DNA of 64,000 nucleotides from Octopus vulgaris. Lineage: Eukaryota. Position numbers and translations under genes: made by a program. The DNA lies in NCBI GenBank assembly GCA_951406725.2, contig OX597814.1:169756001-169820000 (forward strand), given 5' to 3'. Positions 1 to 12,482 of the stretch are shown here, piece after piece. The notes under the pieces are model-generated. The model had not been told where the DNA came from. It searched no databases and saw only the letters and a program-made list of their open reading frames with translations. Position 1 is the first letter of the stretch. Each line of letters starts with the position of its first letter.

Positions 1-162
1 ATAAATTCTAAATATTAACACAACTACAAAAATTAATTAAAAAAAACACCTCTATACCACAACCCACCCTACAACCCAATTTCCTCTCCACTCAAACCCA
101 CATACCCAAGGAAGATTTTAACTCTAACAGAGACTATACAAAGCCAACACTAACTTCAAAGC

Positions 163-214
163 ATTGCACTCTGATGATAGGTTAACTGGTCAAAACTTTG
201 AAGTCACTGTCAAT
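163..214 (+). ncRNA. Degenerate type I minimal hammerhead ribozyme in a Penelope-like terminal repeat relic
   Basis: CTGATGA (171-177), stem II-like taggttaactggtc, AAAA in place of GAAA (CpG decay of cGAAA), near-palindromic stem III acttTGaagt, GTC triplet (203-205), and 3' actgtcaat imperfectly complementary to upstream attgcact. Confidence 0.55.
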
Positions 215-274
215 AATAAGCTTGTTTAAGAATAATAAATATATATATATATATATATGATATATAATATATTT

Positions 275-380
275 ACATTCTGAGTTCAAATTCTGCCAAG
301 GTCGACTTTGCCTTTCATCCTATTGGGGATGATAAATTAAGTACCAGTTGTGTACAGGGATCGATCTAATTGAGTGGCCT
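275..380 (+). mobile_element. MetaSINE-type fragment
   Basis: gagttcaaatt B-box and gcctttcatcc..gataaattaagtaccag core, same as fuller copies at 34453 and 43563. Confidence 0.75.
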
Positions 381-416
<36 letters not shown>

Positions 417-442
417 GCACAAACACACACACACACATATAC

Positions 443-481
<39 letters not shown>

Positions 482-869
482 CTGAAATGCGTTTTTACCG
501 CTTGGATCACTTTCAATGCCACTACATCCCGTCCGATTCGTTCCAAAATTTACATGGACATGTAGAATGAGGCGACGATGCTCGGTGGCTGCCTTAGAAA
601 TCCCTATCTTAAAAGGTGTGGTTGCTAGGGGCCATCTTCCTCACTCACGCTATTTCCTCCAGTACCCTCTCACTCCTCTTCATGTATAACTTTGACAGTT
701 CCACTACCGTTATTTAAAGTATCTGTCACTCTCGCTATTTCCTCTCTTTTTCACTCACTCTGTTTCTTACCTTCCCATCACATCGGCTTTCTTTTATGTA
801 TCTGTCTGTCACCAACAACACATGAGCATGATAACAAATATTATGAATCAGATATTCTTGCATTCATTT

Positions 870-914
870 ATATGTGTGTGTGTGTGTGTTCTATATATAA
901 ATATGTATATATAA

Positions 915-945
<31 letters not shown>

Positions 946-1205
946 TCTATATATAAATATGTATATATAATGTATGTGTGTGTGTGTGTGTTCTATATAT
1001 AAATATGTATATAAAATGTATGTGTGTGTGTATGTGTTCTATATATAAATATGTATATATAATATATGTATGTGTGTGTGTGTGTGTTCTCTATATAAAT
1101 ATGTATATATAATGTATGTGTGTGTGTGTTCTATATATAAATATGTATATATAATGTATGTGTGTGTGTGTGTTCTATATATAAATATGTATATATAATG
1201 TATAT
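870..1205. repeat. Compound minisatellite, about 8 units of tatg(tg)n-ttctatatataaatatgtatatataatg
   Basis: Directly visible tandem units with variable (TG)n length. Confidence 0.9.
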
Positions 1206-1534
1206 ATACAAAGTGTATATATCTGTATTTATGTATATTAAACTTTTTCATACTTTTTCATAGTTATATATATTTTTAAACAAATTATAAATATAAGTTA
1301 ATAATTTTTATTTTCAATTTAAATAATTTAAATTTTTCAATTTTATATTTTCTATATTTTCTATATTATATTTTTTCTTTTTTGTTTTTGTTTTTGGTTT
1401 TTCTCTGTTTGATTTGCCTATTAGTGGTTTTATCTCTAATTTAATTTATACAGATATATATCTCATTTGTATACATTTGTATATATAATGCGTACACACA
1501 CACACATATATATACACACATATATATATATATA

Positions 1535-2694
1535 TAATGTGTGCCTTACGTAGTTGGTCGATTCAGCTGAAAATATGCACACCTATGTTAAAAGTGCTGG
1601 CAAGATTGCATGACAACTATTTTTTTTCCTCATCTTATAAAATGTGGCCCCAGTAGACCCGAATGAAATCGGGTTATATTAACCAAATTGTGAAAAGGGG
1701 TCTAAATGGGGCTGGAAGGGGATTAAAATTTTAAGGAGCGGGTGTTTAGGAATTCTCTGTTACATCAAGCTAAAAAATTTGCACCAGCCTTTTAATCATC
1801 AATGTGTTGCTGTCCATGATAAAGAAGTTTTGAATGCTTGCCATGGTGAGTCTACTGTCGTGAGAAAGAATCACTTCAAAACTTGGTGTTTACGAATTTT
1901 CTTTTACATCAAGTTCAAAATTTTATGCCAGCCGTTAAACTGTCAATACGTTGCTGTCCGTCGTTAAGAAATGCCAGCCATGGTGACTCTACTATCCTCA
2001 GATTCTATCCCTTCAAACTTTGGTTTCCAATATTTTATTATTTTTATTCAGCTCGCAAGTTCGTCTGTCCCTTTTAAATGTTAGCGTTTTGCTGTCTGCC
2101 TTGAAGCAGACCTTTCCATTGCCACTGCCTGATATTTATGATTAATCTTTCTAAATATTTTATTTCTCAACTTACTCAAGATCTTCTGTTGTTTATAAAT
2201 GGGAGAGAGATAGATAAATATAGAGAGTAAGAGAAAGCGAAGGAGAGTCCGAGAGAAAAGAAAAGTAAGAGAGTGGGAAAGTGAGAGAGAAAGGAGAGAG
2301 AAACAAATACGGAGAATCATCGTCATCATCATCGTTTAACGTCCGTTTTCCGTGCTAGCACAGGTTGGACAGTTTGACCGGGGTCTGGGAAGCCAGAAGG
2401 CTGCACCAGGCTCCAGTCTGATCTGGCAGTGTTTCTACAGGTGGATGACCTTCCTAACACCAACCACTCTGTGAGTGTAGTGGGTGCTTTTTTCGTGCCG
2501 CCGGCACAGGTACCAGGGGGGCTTGCAGCAGCAACGATCGGTTGGTGCTTTTTACGTGTCACCGGCACAGAAGCAAGTCAAGGCGGCGCTGAAATCGGCC
2601 ACGTTCGGATGGTGCTTTTTATGTGCTGATAGGAAGCAACAGAAAGTAACAACCACACTCTTACCCGCACGTAGAGCGGGTCACCTTCAGCTAG
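1535..2694 (+). mobile_element. Non-autonomous Helitron-like element interrupted by an RTE 3' end; 5' boundary uncertain
   Basis: 3' GC hairpin acccgc-acgtaga-gcgggt (2663-2681) followed by CTAG (2691-2694) then T; internal ~140-bp duplication (gccatggtga.tctact); TA-repeat flanks. Confidence 0.6.
2318..2625 (-). mobile_element. RTE LINE 3' end, 5'-truncated
   Basis: (CAT)n-cgtttaacgtccg terminus plus VNTR units, matching the 3'UTR of the ORF-bearing RTE at 18556-19525. Confidence 0.85.
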
Positions 2695-2708
2695 TATATA
2701 TATATATA

Positions 2709-2742
<34 letters not shown>

Positions 2743-2824
2743 GTTAAAGATGAGCCCTAGTAATCCATTACAGCACTTACACAGTGTAGCTAATCGTTTA
2801 GATCACCTTTGAACTAAACCCCCT

Positions 2825-3186
2825 CAAATTCGATCACTGGCACCCATGCCAGTGGAGTGCTAAGAGCACCAGCCAAGCATGATAATTGCCAGAGCAGCTG
2901 ACTGTCTTCCATGCCGGTGGCATGTAAAAATGCTGGTGGCACATGAAAAACATTTGAGCATGGCCATTGCCAGTTCCACCTGAATGGCTCTCGTGCCGGT
3001 GGCACGTAAAAATACCCACTACACTCACAGAGTGGTTGGCATTAGGAAGGGCATCCAGCTGTAGAAACTCTGCCAGATCAGACTGGAGCCTGGTGCAGCC
3101 ATCTGGTTCGCCAGTCCTCAGTCAAACCGTCCAACCCATGCTAGCATGGAAAGCGGACGTTAAACGATGATGATGATGATGATGAT
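2825..3186 (+). mobile_element. RTE LINE 3' end
   Basis: ccaacccatgctagcatggaaagcggacgttaaac-(GAT)n terminus. Confidence 0.85.
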
Positions 3187-3246
3187 ACACACACACAAAC
3201 ATATATATATATAGTCATCTGACAATCCACCACCCTTTGACTTATA

Positions 3247-3465
3247 TAACTCTTTAGCATTTCACAGCTGGACCAAATATTTTAGCCATTCTATGTTTGA
3301 ACTGGTCAGATCTTACCTCTTACATCTTCCCTACAATGTCATTAAAAAAATAAGCAATCACATCATCAAAATCTTGAAGCTACGAGATAATGTATGATTT
3401 ATTCAAAATAATATGAATAAATAAGCATTACACTGGACCATGCAATCTGAATGTTAAAGGATTAA
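3247..3465. mobile_element. piggyBac-derived MITE
   Basis: Ends taactctttagcatt ... aatgttaaaggattaa (degenerate TTAACCCT/AGGGTTAA); its two halves match the piggyBac ends at ~51304 and ~57840-57985. Confidence 0.65.
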
Positions 3466-3865
3466 TAATTAAAATATTGATTGTTGTAATTATCCCTTGC
3501 AAAATGATGATTATTTTCAAAATTAATTAAAACACAAATAGTGTAATTCATTAGAAATATAGTCACTTAGGATTTGTCCTTTAAAATGTGAATTTCTGTT
3601 TTTAGAGTAAGAGAGAAATTCATAGGAACCAATTTGTCTACTACAGAGTAATAGAATTATTGTTTTCTATCTGTAGTTGCAGATGTGTTCAAGAATCCGT
3701 TTGATAAAACTTTCTCTCCAAAGACAATTCTTCTGATAAAATATCTTTGAAGACAGATTAACTAAAACTTCTGAAAAAAAATATATATTGTCTCCATCAT
3801 TAATTATAATAATACATTCTAATATTAATAATGATTATTATTATTTTAGACATTAATAATAATAA

Positions 3866-3947
<82 letters not shown>

Positions 3948-3948
<1 letters not shown>

Positions 3949-5897
3949 TGCTTTCAGAAAGCATTAATGAGCACCTTGACAACTAGAATTTAGTACCAGA
4001 AGAGCAGAAGTGTTGCAGAAGGCAAGGAATACATGATCTGTTATATATAGACAAAGCAATTCTAAATGAAGTAAAAGCTAGTAAGAAAATTTAACAAGAG
4101 CATAGATAGATCATAGGAAGCCTATGACATGATCCCACACTCATGGATAAGTGAATGTCTGAGTATATTCAGTATATCAGATAACATAAGAGAATTAATT
4201 AGCTTTAGCATGAAGAAATGGAAAATAGATCTATACTCAGGTGACACACTCTTATGGAAAGTTAATATCAAAAGAGGAATTTTCCAGGGGAACTCGTTGT
4301 ACCCTTTAATATTTGTTCTATGTTTGATCCCTCTCAGTTTAGTATTAAGGAAGGTAAAGGCAGAGTATTAGTTCAGAAATAGTAATGGAAAAATTAACCT
4401 TTTGCTCTACATGGATGATCTGAAGCTTTTTAGTAAGAATGAAAAAGAGATAGATTCCTTAATACAGACTGTAAGACTCTTCATCAAAGATATAGGTATG
4501 GAGTTTGGCATAGATAAGTGTGCAATATTAGTCATGAGAAAGGGACAGGTAGTCAACAGTGAAGGCATCCAATTACCTGATGGCCAGATATTAAAATCAT
4601 TGAAAGGAGGAGAGAGTTATAAGTATCTAAGAGTATTAGAATCTGAGAGAGTACTAACTACAGAAATGAAGACGAAAATTGAGGAGTACATCAAAAGGGT
4701 GAGGAAGCTAATGAAGTCAAAGCTAAATGGTTCGAATCTAGTGAAGGCTCTAAATAGTTGGGCAGTATCATTACTTAGATACTCAGCAGCTTTTATAGAC
4801 TGGACAAAAACTGAATTAGCAAAGCTAGACAGAAGAACTAGGAAGGAATTTGATATGAATGGAGGACTCCATCCAAGGACAGGAGTAACAAGATTATACC
4901 TACCTAGAAAGGAAGGTGGAAGAGGGTTAATTTCAGTGGGAGACTGTGTGGAGTTAGCTAGAGAAGATATAGGCTCCTATGTAGGTAATAGTGAAGAAAG
5001 TTTATTAAAAGCTGCTTGAGTCACAGCAACACATAGGGAAATCAAAACACCAAACGAACTTAAAAACCAGAAAAAAGAACAGAAATTATCTGACTGGCAG
5101 AGGGAGACGTTGCATCAGCAAACAGCAGTAGTGAGATATGGTTATGGCTACAGAAAGGAAAGATGAAGTGGGAGACAGAAAGTTTGTTAGTAGCTGCACA
5201 AAATCAAGCATTAAGGACTAGTTGGATAAAAGCCAAAATAGACAAAAACCAAGTAGATTCCCACTGTAGATTATGCAAATCAAAAGAGGAAAGTGTTACT
5301 CATATAGTAAGTGAATATAGCATGCTGGCACAGAAAGAATACAAAAGACACAACAATCTAGAGAGAGAAATCCACTGGGAGCTTTGTAGAAAGCTAGGAC
5401 TTGAATGTACTGATAAATGGTATGAACATAAACCTAGTAAAGTACTAGAAAGTAAGAAGTAGAAGATGTTGTGGGACTTTAAGATTCAGACTGACAGAGT
5501 AAGAGAAGCTAGAAGGCCTGATTTGATAGTAGTAGATAAAGAGAGTAGAAAGTGCCAAATAATTGACTTTACAGTCCCAAATGATGAAAAAATTAATATG
5601 AGAAGCATAGAAAAAATAGCAAAGTACCAGGACCTAGCTATCGAATTACAGAGACTATGGAAAGTGTGAGTAAAATGTATCCCAGAAGTTATAGGTGCAT
5701 TGGAAACTATCCCTAAAGATCTGAACAGATGGATAGGGGAAATAGGCATAAAACCCAGTTTAGTACAGCTGCAAAAAACAGTGTTATTAGGGACAGCTAG
5801 GATACTTAGGAGGGTTCTTGGCATCTAAGGTTATTTGTTGTAGCCTGATAATAGGATCCTTTTCTTTTCCGAAAGTCTAATCTGTTGAGTGTATAGG
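3948..5897 (+). pseudogene. R4/Dong-clade non-LTR retrotransposon, 5'-truncated: RT plus CCHC finger plus restriction-like endonuclease, disrupted
   Basis: GIFQGNSLYP, LYMDDLKLF, GMEFGIDKC, CRLC..ESVTHIVS, LWDF..RRPDLIVVDK..IIDF..KY.DL, GTARILRRVL*; several stops; (TAA)/(TAG)n tracts on both sides. Confidence 0.92.
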
Positions 5898-5951
5898 AAT
5901 AATAATAATAATAGTAGTAGTAGTAGTAGTAGTAATAATAATAATAGTGGA

Positions 5952-6332
5952 TGGAAGCACTCCGTCGGTTAATACGACGAGGGTTCTGGTTGATCCGATC
6001 AATGGAACAGCCTGCTCGTGAAATTAACGTGTAAGTGGCTGAGCACTCCACAGATACGTGTACCCTTAACGTAGTTCTCGGGGATATTCAGCGTGATACA
6101 GAGAGTGACAAGGCCGGCCCTTTGAAATACAGGTACAACAGAAACAGGAAGTAAGAGTGAGAGAAAGTTGTGGTGAAAGAGTACAGCAGGGATCACCACC
6201 ATCCCTGCCGGAGCCTCGTGGAGCTTTAGGTGTTTTTGCTCAATAAACACTCACAACGCCCGGTCTGGGAATCGAAACCACGATCCTACGACCGCAAGTC
6301 CGCTGCCCTAACCACTGGGCCATTGCGCCTCC
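5952..6332 (-). mobile_element. Full-length tRNA-derived SINE inserted in the (TAA)n tract
   Basis: Minus-strand head ggaggcgcaatggcccagtggttagg (A box) ... ggtttcgattccc (B box); ~380 bp. Confidence 0.85.
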
Positions 6333-6386
6333 ACTAATAATAGTAATAATAATAAAATTAATAATAATAATAATAATAATAATAAA

Positions 6387-6469
<83 letters not shown>

Positions 6470-6474
6470 TAATA

Positions 6475-6700
6475 ACTGTTTCAGGAACTAGATGGGTAAT
6501 TACATGCATCAATGAAACCAGATGTAGAGGAAAGCAGGGCATTCAGGAGAGGGATCTGGGACCAACCTGTAGAGCATAATGATGAAGCGGAGTGGCTGCA
6601 TGATGTCCAAAATAGGCTAAGAAATATAGAAGGCCAAGAAGGCATAAAAATAACTACAGAAATGATAAAAAAGCATTTAAGAAAATTCCCAATATCAACA
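6475..6700 (+). pseudogene. R4/Dong fragment from the region N-terminal to RT
   Basis: KPDVEESRAFRRGIWDQPVEHNDEAEWL...ITTEMIKKHLRKFP resembles the pre-RT region of R4 elements; follows (AAT)n. Confidence 0.7.
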
Positions 6701-7825
6701 TAAAATTGAAAGGCATGGTAAAAAAAATTTCCAAACTATTTTAAGCCTATGACAATATAAAGTGAGAGTATTCAGTAATAATATTTTCTGTTTGTATTGT
6801 AGCTGGCAAAATATAAACTGAGAGATTTTGTTTACTTCTTGCCTCCCAATTTCATGTTGATAATGAAAAATATTAATCTGGATAACATCAGGTTTTTTTT
6901 TTTTTTATGTTGTGCAATGATCAAGAGAAAGTTATTGAAAGCTTCTTTTCTTTCTGAGTAAAAAACAAAAAAATATATCAGTTTGGAAAAAAAAATATTT
7001 CAGCAACATAATTGTAATCTACCTACTTGACAACCTAACACTGCAAAATGTCATTAAAATGTATTTCATGTTATTAAGAAAGCTATGAGGAAACAAAGTT
7101 GGTGGGGACACCAACTGTAGTTATGAGGATTGAAATGGATTTTGTATTGTGTATATTATTATGTATTCAGAGTTGTAAATCATTCAGGAAAGAAAAATCC
7201 CAAATCCAAAAAGTGTAAAATGTGAGCACTATTCAGTTTCATTTCATAATTTCATGAAAGGATATAGCATTTTTAAGCCACATGTGCACACGCTTGAAGA
7301 ATATTAATAAAAACATTAATAATAATATATATATATATTTGGTAAATTAATGTTGGAATGTTGGAAGTATAGATTTATATTTGGTTCTTTTATTTACCAC
7401 TTTTTTAACTTCTATTCTTGAACACATTTATTTAGCATCACTGCATATAATTCTCATTTCTTCACCTTGGTGTTCAACAAGAACAAGAAGTTAGAGGTAC
7501 AATATACATAATTCAACTGAAAGTAAAATATATTCATAGATATAAAATCCATAATGTTATATCACAAGTCCACCATAATTTAATTACGAGCTTAATATCT
7601 CACCCAATAATTCAAATGCCACTAATTTCCTGCTGTGCTGTTGCAAATAATCAAATCATAAACTTCCATCTAGATCTAATTAGATGTAAGACTCTAAAAA
7701 AACTTTAACATAAAATGAAACAACAACAGAAAGAGTAAAACTAAACCCAGTCCCAAACAGAAATGGGGATATAATCAATAAACTGAAGAACTTGCAAAAG
7801 ACTGAACTGCAAAGGGAACATATAC

Positions 7826-8077
<252 letters not shown>

Positions 8078-8399
8078 AATAAAAACAATTTTCATCTAAA
8101 TGAACCTAGACAGCCCATCATCAGATGCTCTATTGGAAATCATTAAGCTCATCAATTCTAGGGTGAATGGTTATCAATGCAAGTCACATGTCACCTTGCA
8201 CATATAGATAGCTTTTGTATTTCATTTTTATCCTTGCTAATGGAGAAAAAGCATTTTTCTATGAAAATATGTTGAGTTAAATGGAAGTGTGATGTGTAAA
8301 GTCTTCGGTGAGCTGATACAATGGCAATCTTCCATTTTGTGGTGCAGAAAAGTGAATCCGCTGAACTTGGCAGCTCTTGGCATAATAAAATTGCTTCAG

Positions 8400-8600
8400 A
8401 TTTTGGCAAAAGACCAGCAGTTTTTTAGGGGAGAGGATAAGTTGATTACATCAACCCCAGTTCTTGACTGGTACTTATTTTATCAACCCTAGAAAGGATA
8501 ATTGGCAAAGTCGACCACAGCAGAATTTGAACTCAGAATGTAAAGAGCTGGAAGAAAAAGTGTCAATAAAGTGTTTTGTTTGAAGTGTTAACAATTCTCT
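8400..8600 (-). mobile_element. Old MetaSINE-type copy
   Basis: ctggtacttattttatc..aaggat..ggcaaagtcgac..atttgaactcaga is the reverse complement of the Meta core and B box. Confidence 0.7.
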
Positions 8601-9359
8601 CACCTAAATGTCCTAATTGGCACAATAAAATGAAAGTAAAATAATGTTCAGCAACATTCAGCTAAAATTAAGCTACAAAAATACAAGAATTAAACTATAA
8701 AAATATTTTGCTTTGAAAGTGGAAATTTGTTTTGGAACACTAGTAGCATCGTGATCATTATCAAGAGAGGTACTACTTCTTAGGAATGGCGGAATGCCAC
8801 AGCCTTAGATATGATCTTGTGCCTAGTCTCCTGTTAAAGCACCCCAATTTTTGCCAGTTATTGGTCTGCATGCGTCATCAATCAACGATTTGATTTATAA
8901 TTGATATATTTGTGCACATCAGCAACTGCCAAACCACTCAAAGTTAAATCACAGTCTGCACTACGTTGATCCCAACCATACGACTTTACACATAAATACT
9001 ATAGAAGGACAAGGAAGTAAAATCGAACAGAAACACTGGGCAATCTCTTTAAAACTTATTTATGGGAATTTTGCAAGTGTTGTTCTCCTACACTGAAAAA
9101 TCTATGCCTTAGAGAGTATTAACCTATGTTATAATTTTATTTCGTTGCTGTGTGGTAAGAAGCTTGCTCTCCAGCCATATGGCTCCAGGTTCAGTCCCAC
9201 TGCATGGCACCTTAGGCAAGTGTCTTCTACTATAGCATCGGGCTGACCAAGGCCTTGTGATTGAATTTGGTAGATGGAAACTGAAAGCCTGTTGTATGTG
9301 TGCATGTATTTATACAGAAAAAGAGAGAGAAAGAGACACAATTTTTCAAATACCATATA

Positions 9360-9830
9360 TACATCAATTTTTGATTTATTAAAATTATCTCCATCTCTAG
9401 AGGAGCTCAAGAGTCAATAATTCTTCAGAGTCTACATGCCATTAAGGAAAGGAACAGGCTTATTGTCCAGAGATAAGAGGACTATTGTGGACATGTGTTT
9501 CTGACTAAACAACCATCATCAGCATGTTAACTGTCTGATCTTGTCTCCAGAAGCAAAGGGACTTAGACTTAGGCAAAAAAGGAATAGAACACATTTGGAC
9601 AAATTTCGTGTTGTTGATGGTTACTGAGCCTGAAACACACGTCCCTGACTGTCCTCTTATCTTCAGATGATAAGCATATTCTTTCCTTTATGGCATGTCA
9701 ACTTTGGTGAATTCTTGAATCTTGTGATTACCTTCCCTTCTCAAATGGTGATGGTTTTAATTACCATTTGATAATTATGATACAACTTCTATAAGTGGAT
9801 ACTGATTTTAATAAATCAAGAATTTATCTT
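9360..9830. mobile_element. Inverted pair of Penelope-like repeat fragments (minus ~9360-9535, plus ~9605-9830), each with a hammerhead
   Basis: Reverse complement of 9400-9526 aligns to 9607-9720 (gaaacaca.gtcc..gtcctcttatct..ataagc..ttcctt.atggcatgt). Confidence 0.7.
9486..9526 (-). ncRNA. Near-intact type I minimal hammerhead ribozyme
   Basis: Minus strand catg-CTGATGA-tggtt/gttt/agtca (5-bp stem II with G-U pairs)-GAAA-c-acat-GTC-caca; stem I weakened by apparent CpG decay. Confidence 0.65.
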
Positions 9831-10089
9831 GTATAGTATTTGATATATCTGTATTTCTCTATGTTGTTCTAACATACTGCTCGTTCCTCTGAGTTATTTC
9901 TCTTAACTCATTGTTTACACACACACATGCATCCACTCATGCATGCACATACACACACATACACACACACACACACACACATTTTCTTATGCTGGTTTCT
10001 GTGTTCTGAAATAAACTTCCAAACTTTAAGGTTCAAAGAAAACAAATCTTTCACTTTCATTTTACTGTTGAATTTCTAGTAAAGGATTG

Positions 10090-10650
10090 TTGCTGCAAGG
10101 TTCAGTGGTTTCATTTTCTGGTTTATCAAACGAAAAATTGCTGACACAGATTCACTCCAGAAGCTTTGAAAATTAGAAGGCTGGAAAAACATTTCCAAAA
10201 TAGCATCAGTTTTCATATCGATAATTTCTTCTTTTATATCTTGCAAATCTTCTTCAATATCAGACATAAATGGATTTGTTATTCTATTGTGATTTTTATA
10301 TGGAATCTCAGAGAAATTTTCAAACTTGAAGTAGTTACAATTTTTTTCTAGATCTTCAAGAAAGCAATTCATGGTAGCAGCTGTTGTTTCAAAGATAAAA
10401 AGTCTCGGAGTCTAGATGTGGAGCATATGACACTATTACATGCAGTAATAAATCATATGGAATGCAGTGTGGCACTTTGAGCAAGCACTCTCTCCTTTGT
10501 CCAAACTATTCCTGTTCATCTGTTGTCATTAACAAACAATGCTGTAATTGCATCTATGACAGAAAAGAGATATTTGCACCAAGTGAAACAGTTCAAGGAT
10601 GTCTATTGAAAGATGTATGTCAGCAATGTTAGTGAATTGTGGTAGCTGTT
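10090..10650 (-). pseudogene. hAT (Buster/Charlie-type) transposase relic
   Basis: RITNPF..EEIIDMKTDAILEMFFQPSNFQSFW resembles the C-terminal region of FAM200/GTF2IRD2-like hAT transposases; heavily decayed. Confidence 0.55.
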
Positions 10651-10943
10651 GAATTTCATAGCTGAGTGAGTGGTCTAAGCCCTTGCCACATGCACATTGA
10701 CTTTAGCTGTCTCATACCCACTCACTAATCACTAGAGGAATCATCTATGTACACCTGATGGTCTATTAAAAAAAAAAAAAGGTGCCAAAGAGAAAACTGT
10801 TAATGAAATTCCAGTATGTGGCTTTTCCAAAAATGGTTGGTATGACTGGGATTCTAATGAGATGAGCAAATGCCGAGTCTATTGTGCTTTTGCTGGTCAG
10901 CCCAGCTACTGGAAATAACTGATTTCTTAATGTTTTTACCATA

Positions 10944-11731
10944 GGTGCAGGAGTGGCTGTGTGCTAAGTAGCTTGCTAACCAACCACACAGATCCCGGTT
11001 CAGTCCCACTGCGTGGCATCTTGGGCAAGTGTCTTCTGCTATAGCCTCGGGCCGACCAAAGCCTTGTGAGTGGATTTGGTAGATGGAAACTGAAAGAAGC
11101 CTGTCGTTGCCAGCCTCGTCTGGCACCTGTGTCGGTGGCACATAAAAAACACCATCTGAGCGTGGCCGTCTGCCAGCCTCGTCTGGCACCTGTGTCGGTG
11201 GCACATAAAAAACACCATCCAAGCGTGGCCGTCTGCCAGCCTCGTCTGGCACCTGTGTCGGTGGCACATAAAAAACACCATCTGAGCGTGGCCGTTCGCC
11301 AGCCTTGTCTGGCACCTGTGTCGGTGGCACATAAAATCACCCACTACACTCTCGGAGTGGTTGGCGTTAGGAAGGGCATCCAGCTGTAGAAACACTGCCA
11401 GATCTGACTGGCCTGGTGCAGACTTCGGGCTCCCCAGACCCCAGTTGAACCGTCCAACCCATGCTAGCATGGAAAGCGGACGTTAAACGATGATGATGAT
11501 ATATATATGTGTGTGTGTGTGTGTTTGTGTGTCTGTGTTTGTCCCCCTAGCATTGCTTGACAACCGATGCTGGTGTGTTTATGTCCCCGTCACTTAGCGG
11601 TTCGGCAAAAAGAGACCGATAGAATAAGTACTGGGCTTACAAAGAATAAGTCCTGGGGTCGAGTTGCTCGATTAAAGGTGGTGCTCCAGCATGGCCGCAG
11701 TGAAATGACTGAAACAAGTAAAAGAGTAAAG
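10944..11731 (+). mobile_element. CORE-type tRNA SINE with a nested RTE 3' end (11107-11500, ~4 VNTR units)
   Basis: Head ggtgcaggagtggctgtgtg..ggttcagtccc, CORE-like cttgggcaagtgtcttct, tail gactgaaacaagtaaaagag; RTE sits at the internal TA tract. Confidence 0.85.
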
Positions 11732-12482
11732 AGAGAGAGACCTAAATGGTTAGCTGCTTGCTGATATCATCAATCCCTGACAAAATCCTGTTTAATATTT
11801 AGAACACAGTGCTTTGGCTTCATTTTCTTGACAATGAGCTGTTGTTTGGGTCTCTGCCAATATTCCTGCTACAATTCTAAGAGAATTTCAGACAATGTCT
11901 TCATTTTAAAGAATATCAATATTTTATATTTTTGAATTGACAATCAGTATAAAGATAAAAAAAAAGTAAAAATAGACTTAGCATTTTTAAACTCAAGAAA
12001 GAAAAATATCTTAAATTAAATACAATAGATTCTTAGCTCAAACAAAATAAAGTAAAATAAAAATGCTTTAAAAGGAATCAAACCATTAAGAACATTTATT
12101 CATTTTGCAAAATAGACTTAGGGGAAAGAGTATTCAGTAAATTTCCTATTAGACTTGATCTCAGATGAAAAAGTAGTCTGTTAGCTGCTGCAAGATTTTG
12201 CTTTTAAAAGGTAATTTGGTAGAGTTCTGATTGGAATCAACCATATAACCAGCTGAAACATTTTTGTTTTTCGTTGTCTTTGACAATTTCTTCAGATTTA
12301 GATACTTTCAACAGAGAAGATTACAAGTCTAGGGGGGAAAAAAATTCTATGTTACATTTCTTTTTTTTTAATTTCCACTTTCTATGTTTTATTATTATTT
12401 TTTTATTTGATTTGTGTATTTGCAAAAGTAGACATGAGTCTGCCAAATAAATTCAAGATTTCAAAATAACCATAGGGACCAT

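Noticed and set aside
5952-6332. tRNA genes at SINE heads
   Set aside because: A/B boxes continue into SINE bodies; no complete cloverleaf or terminator seen
10854-11470. Repetitive ORFs such as VFYVPPTQVPDEAG (also 18610-19212 and 29227-29677)
   Set aside because: Chance open frames across the non-coding RTE 3'UTR VNTR
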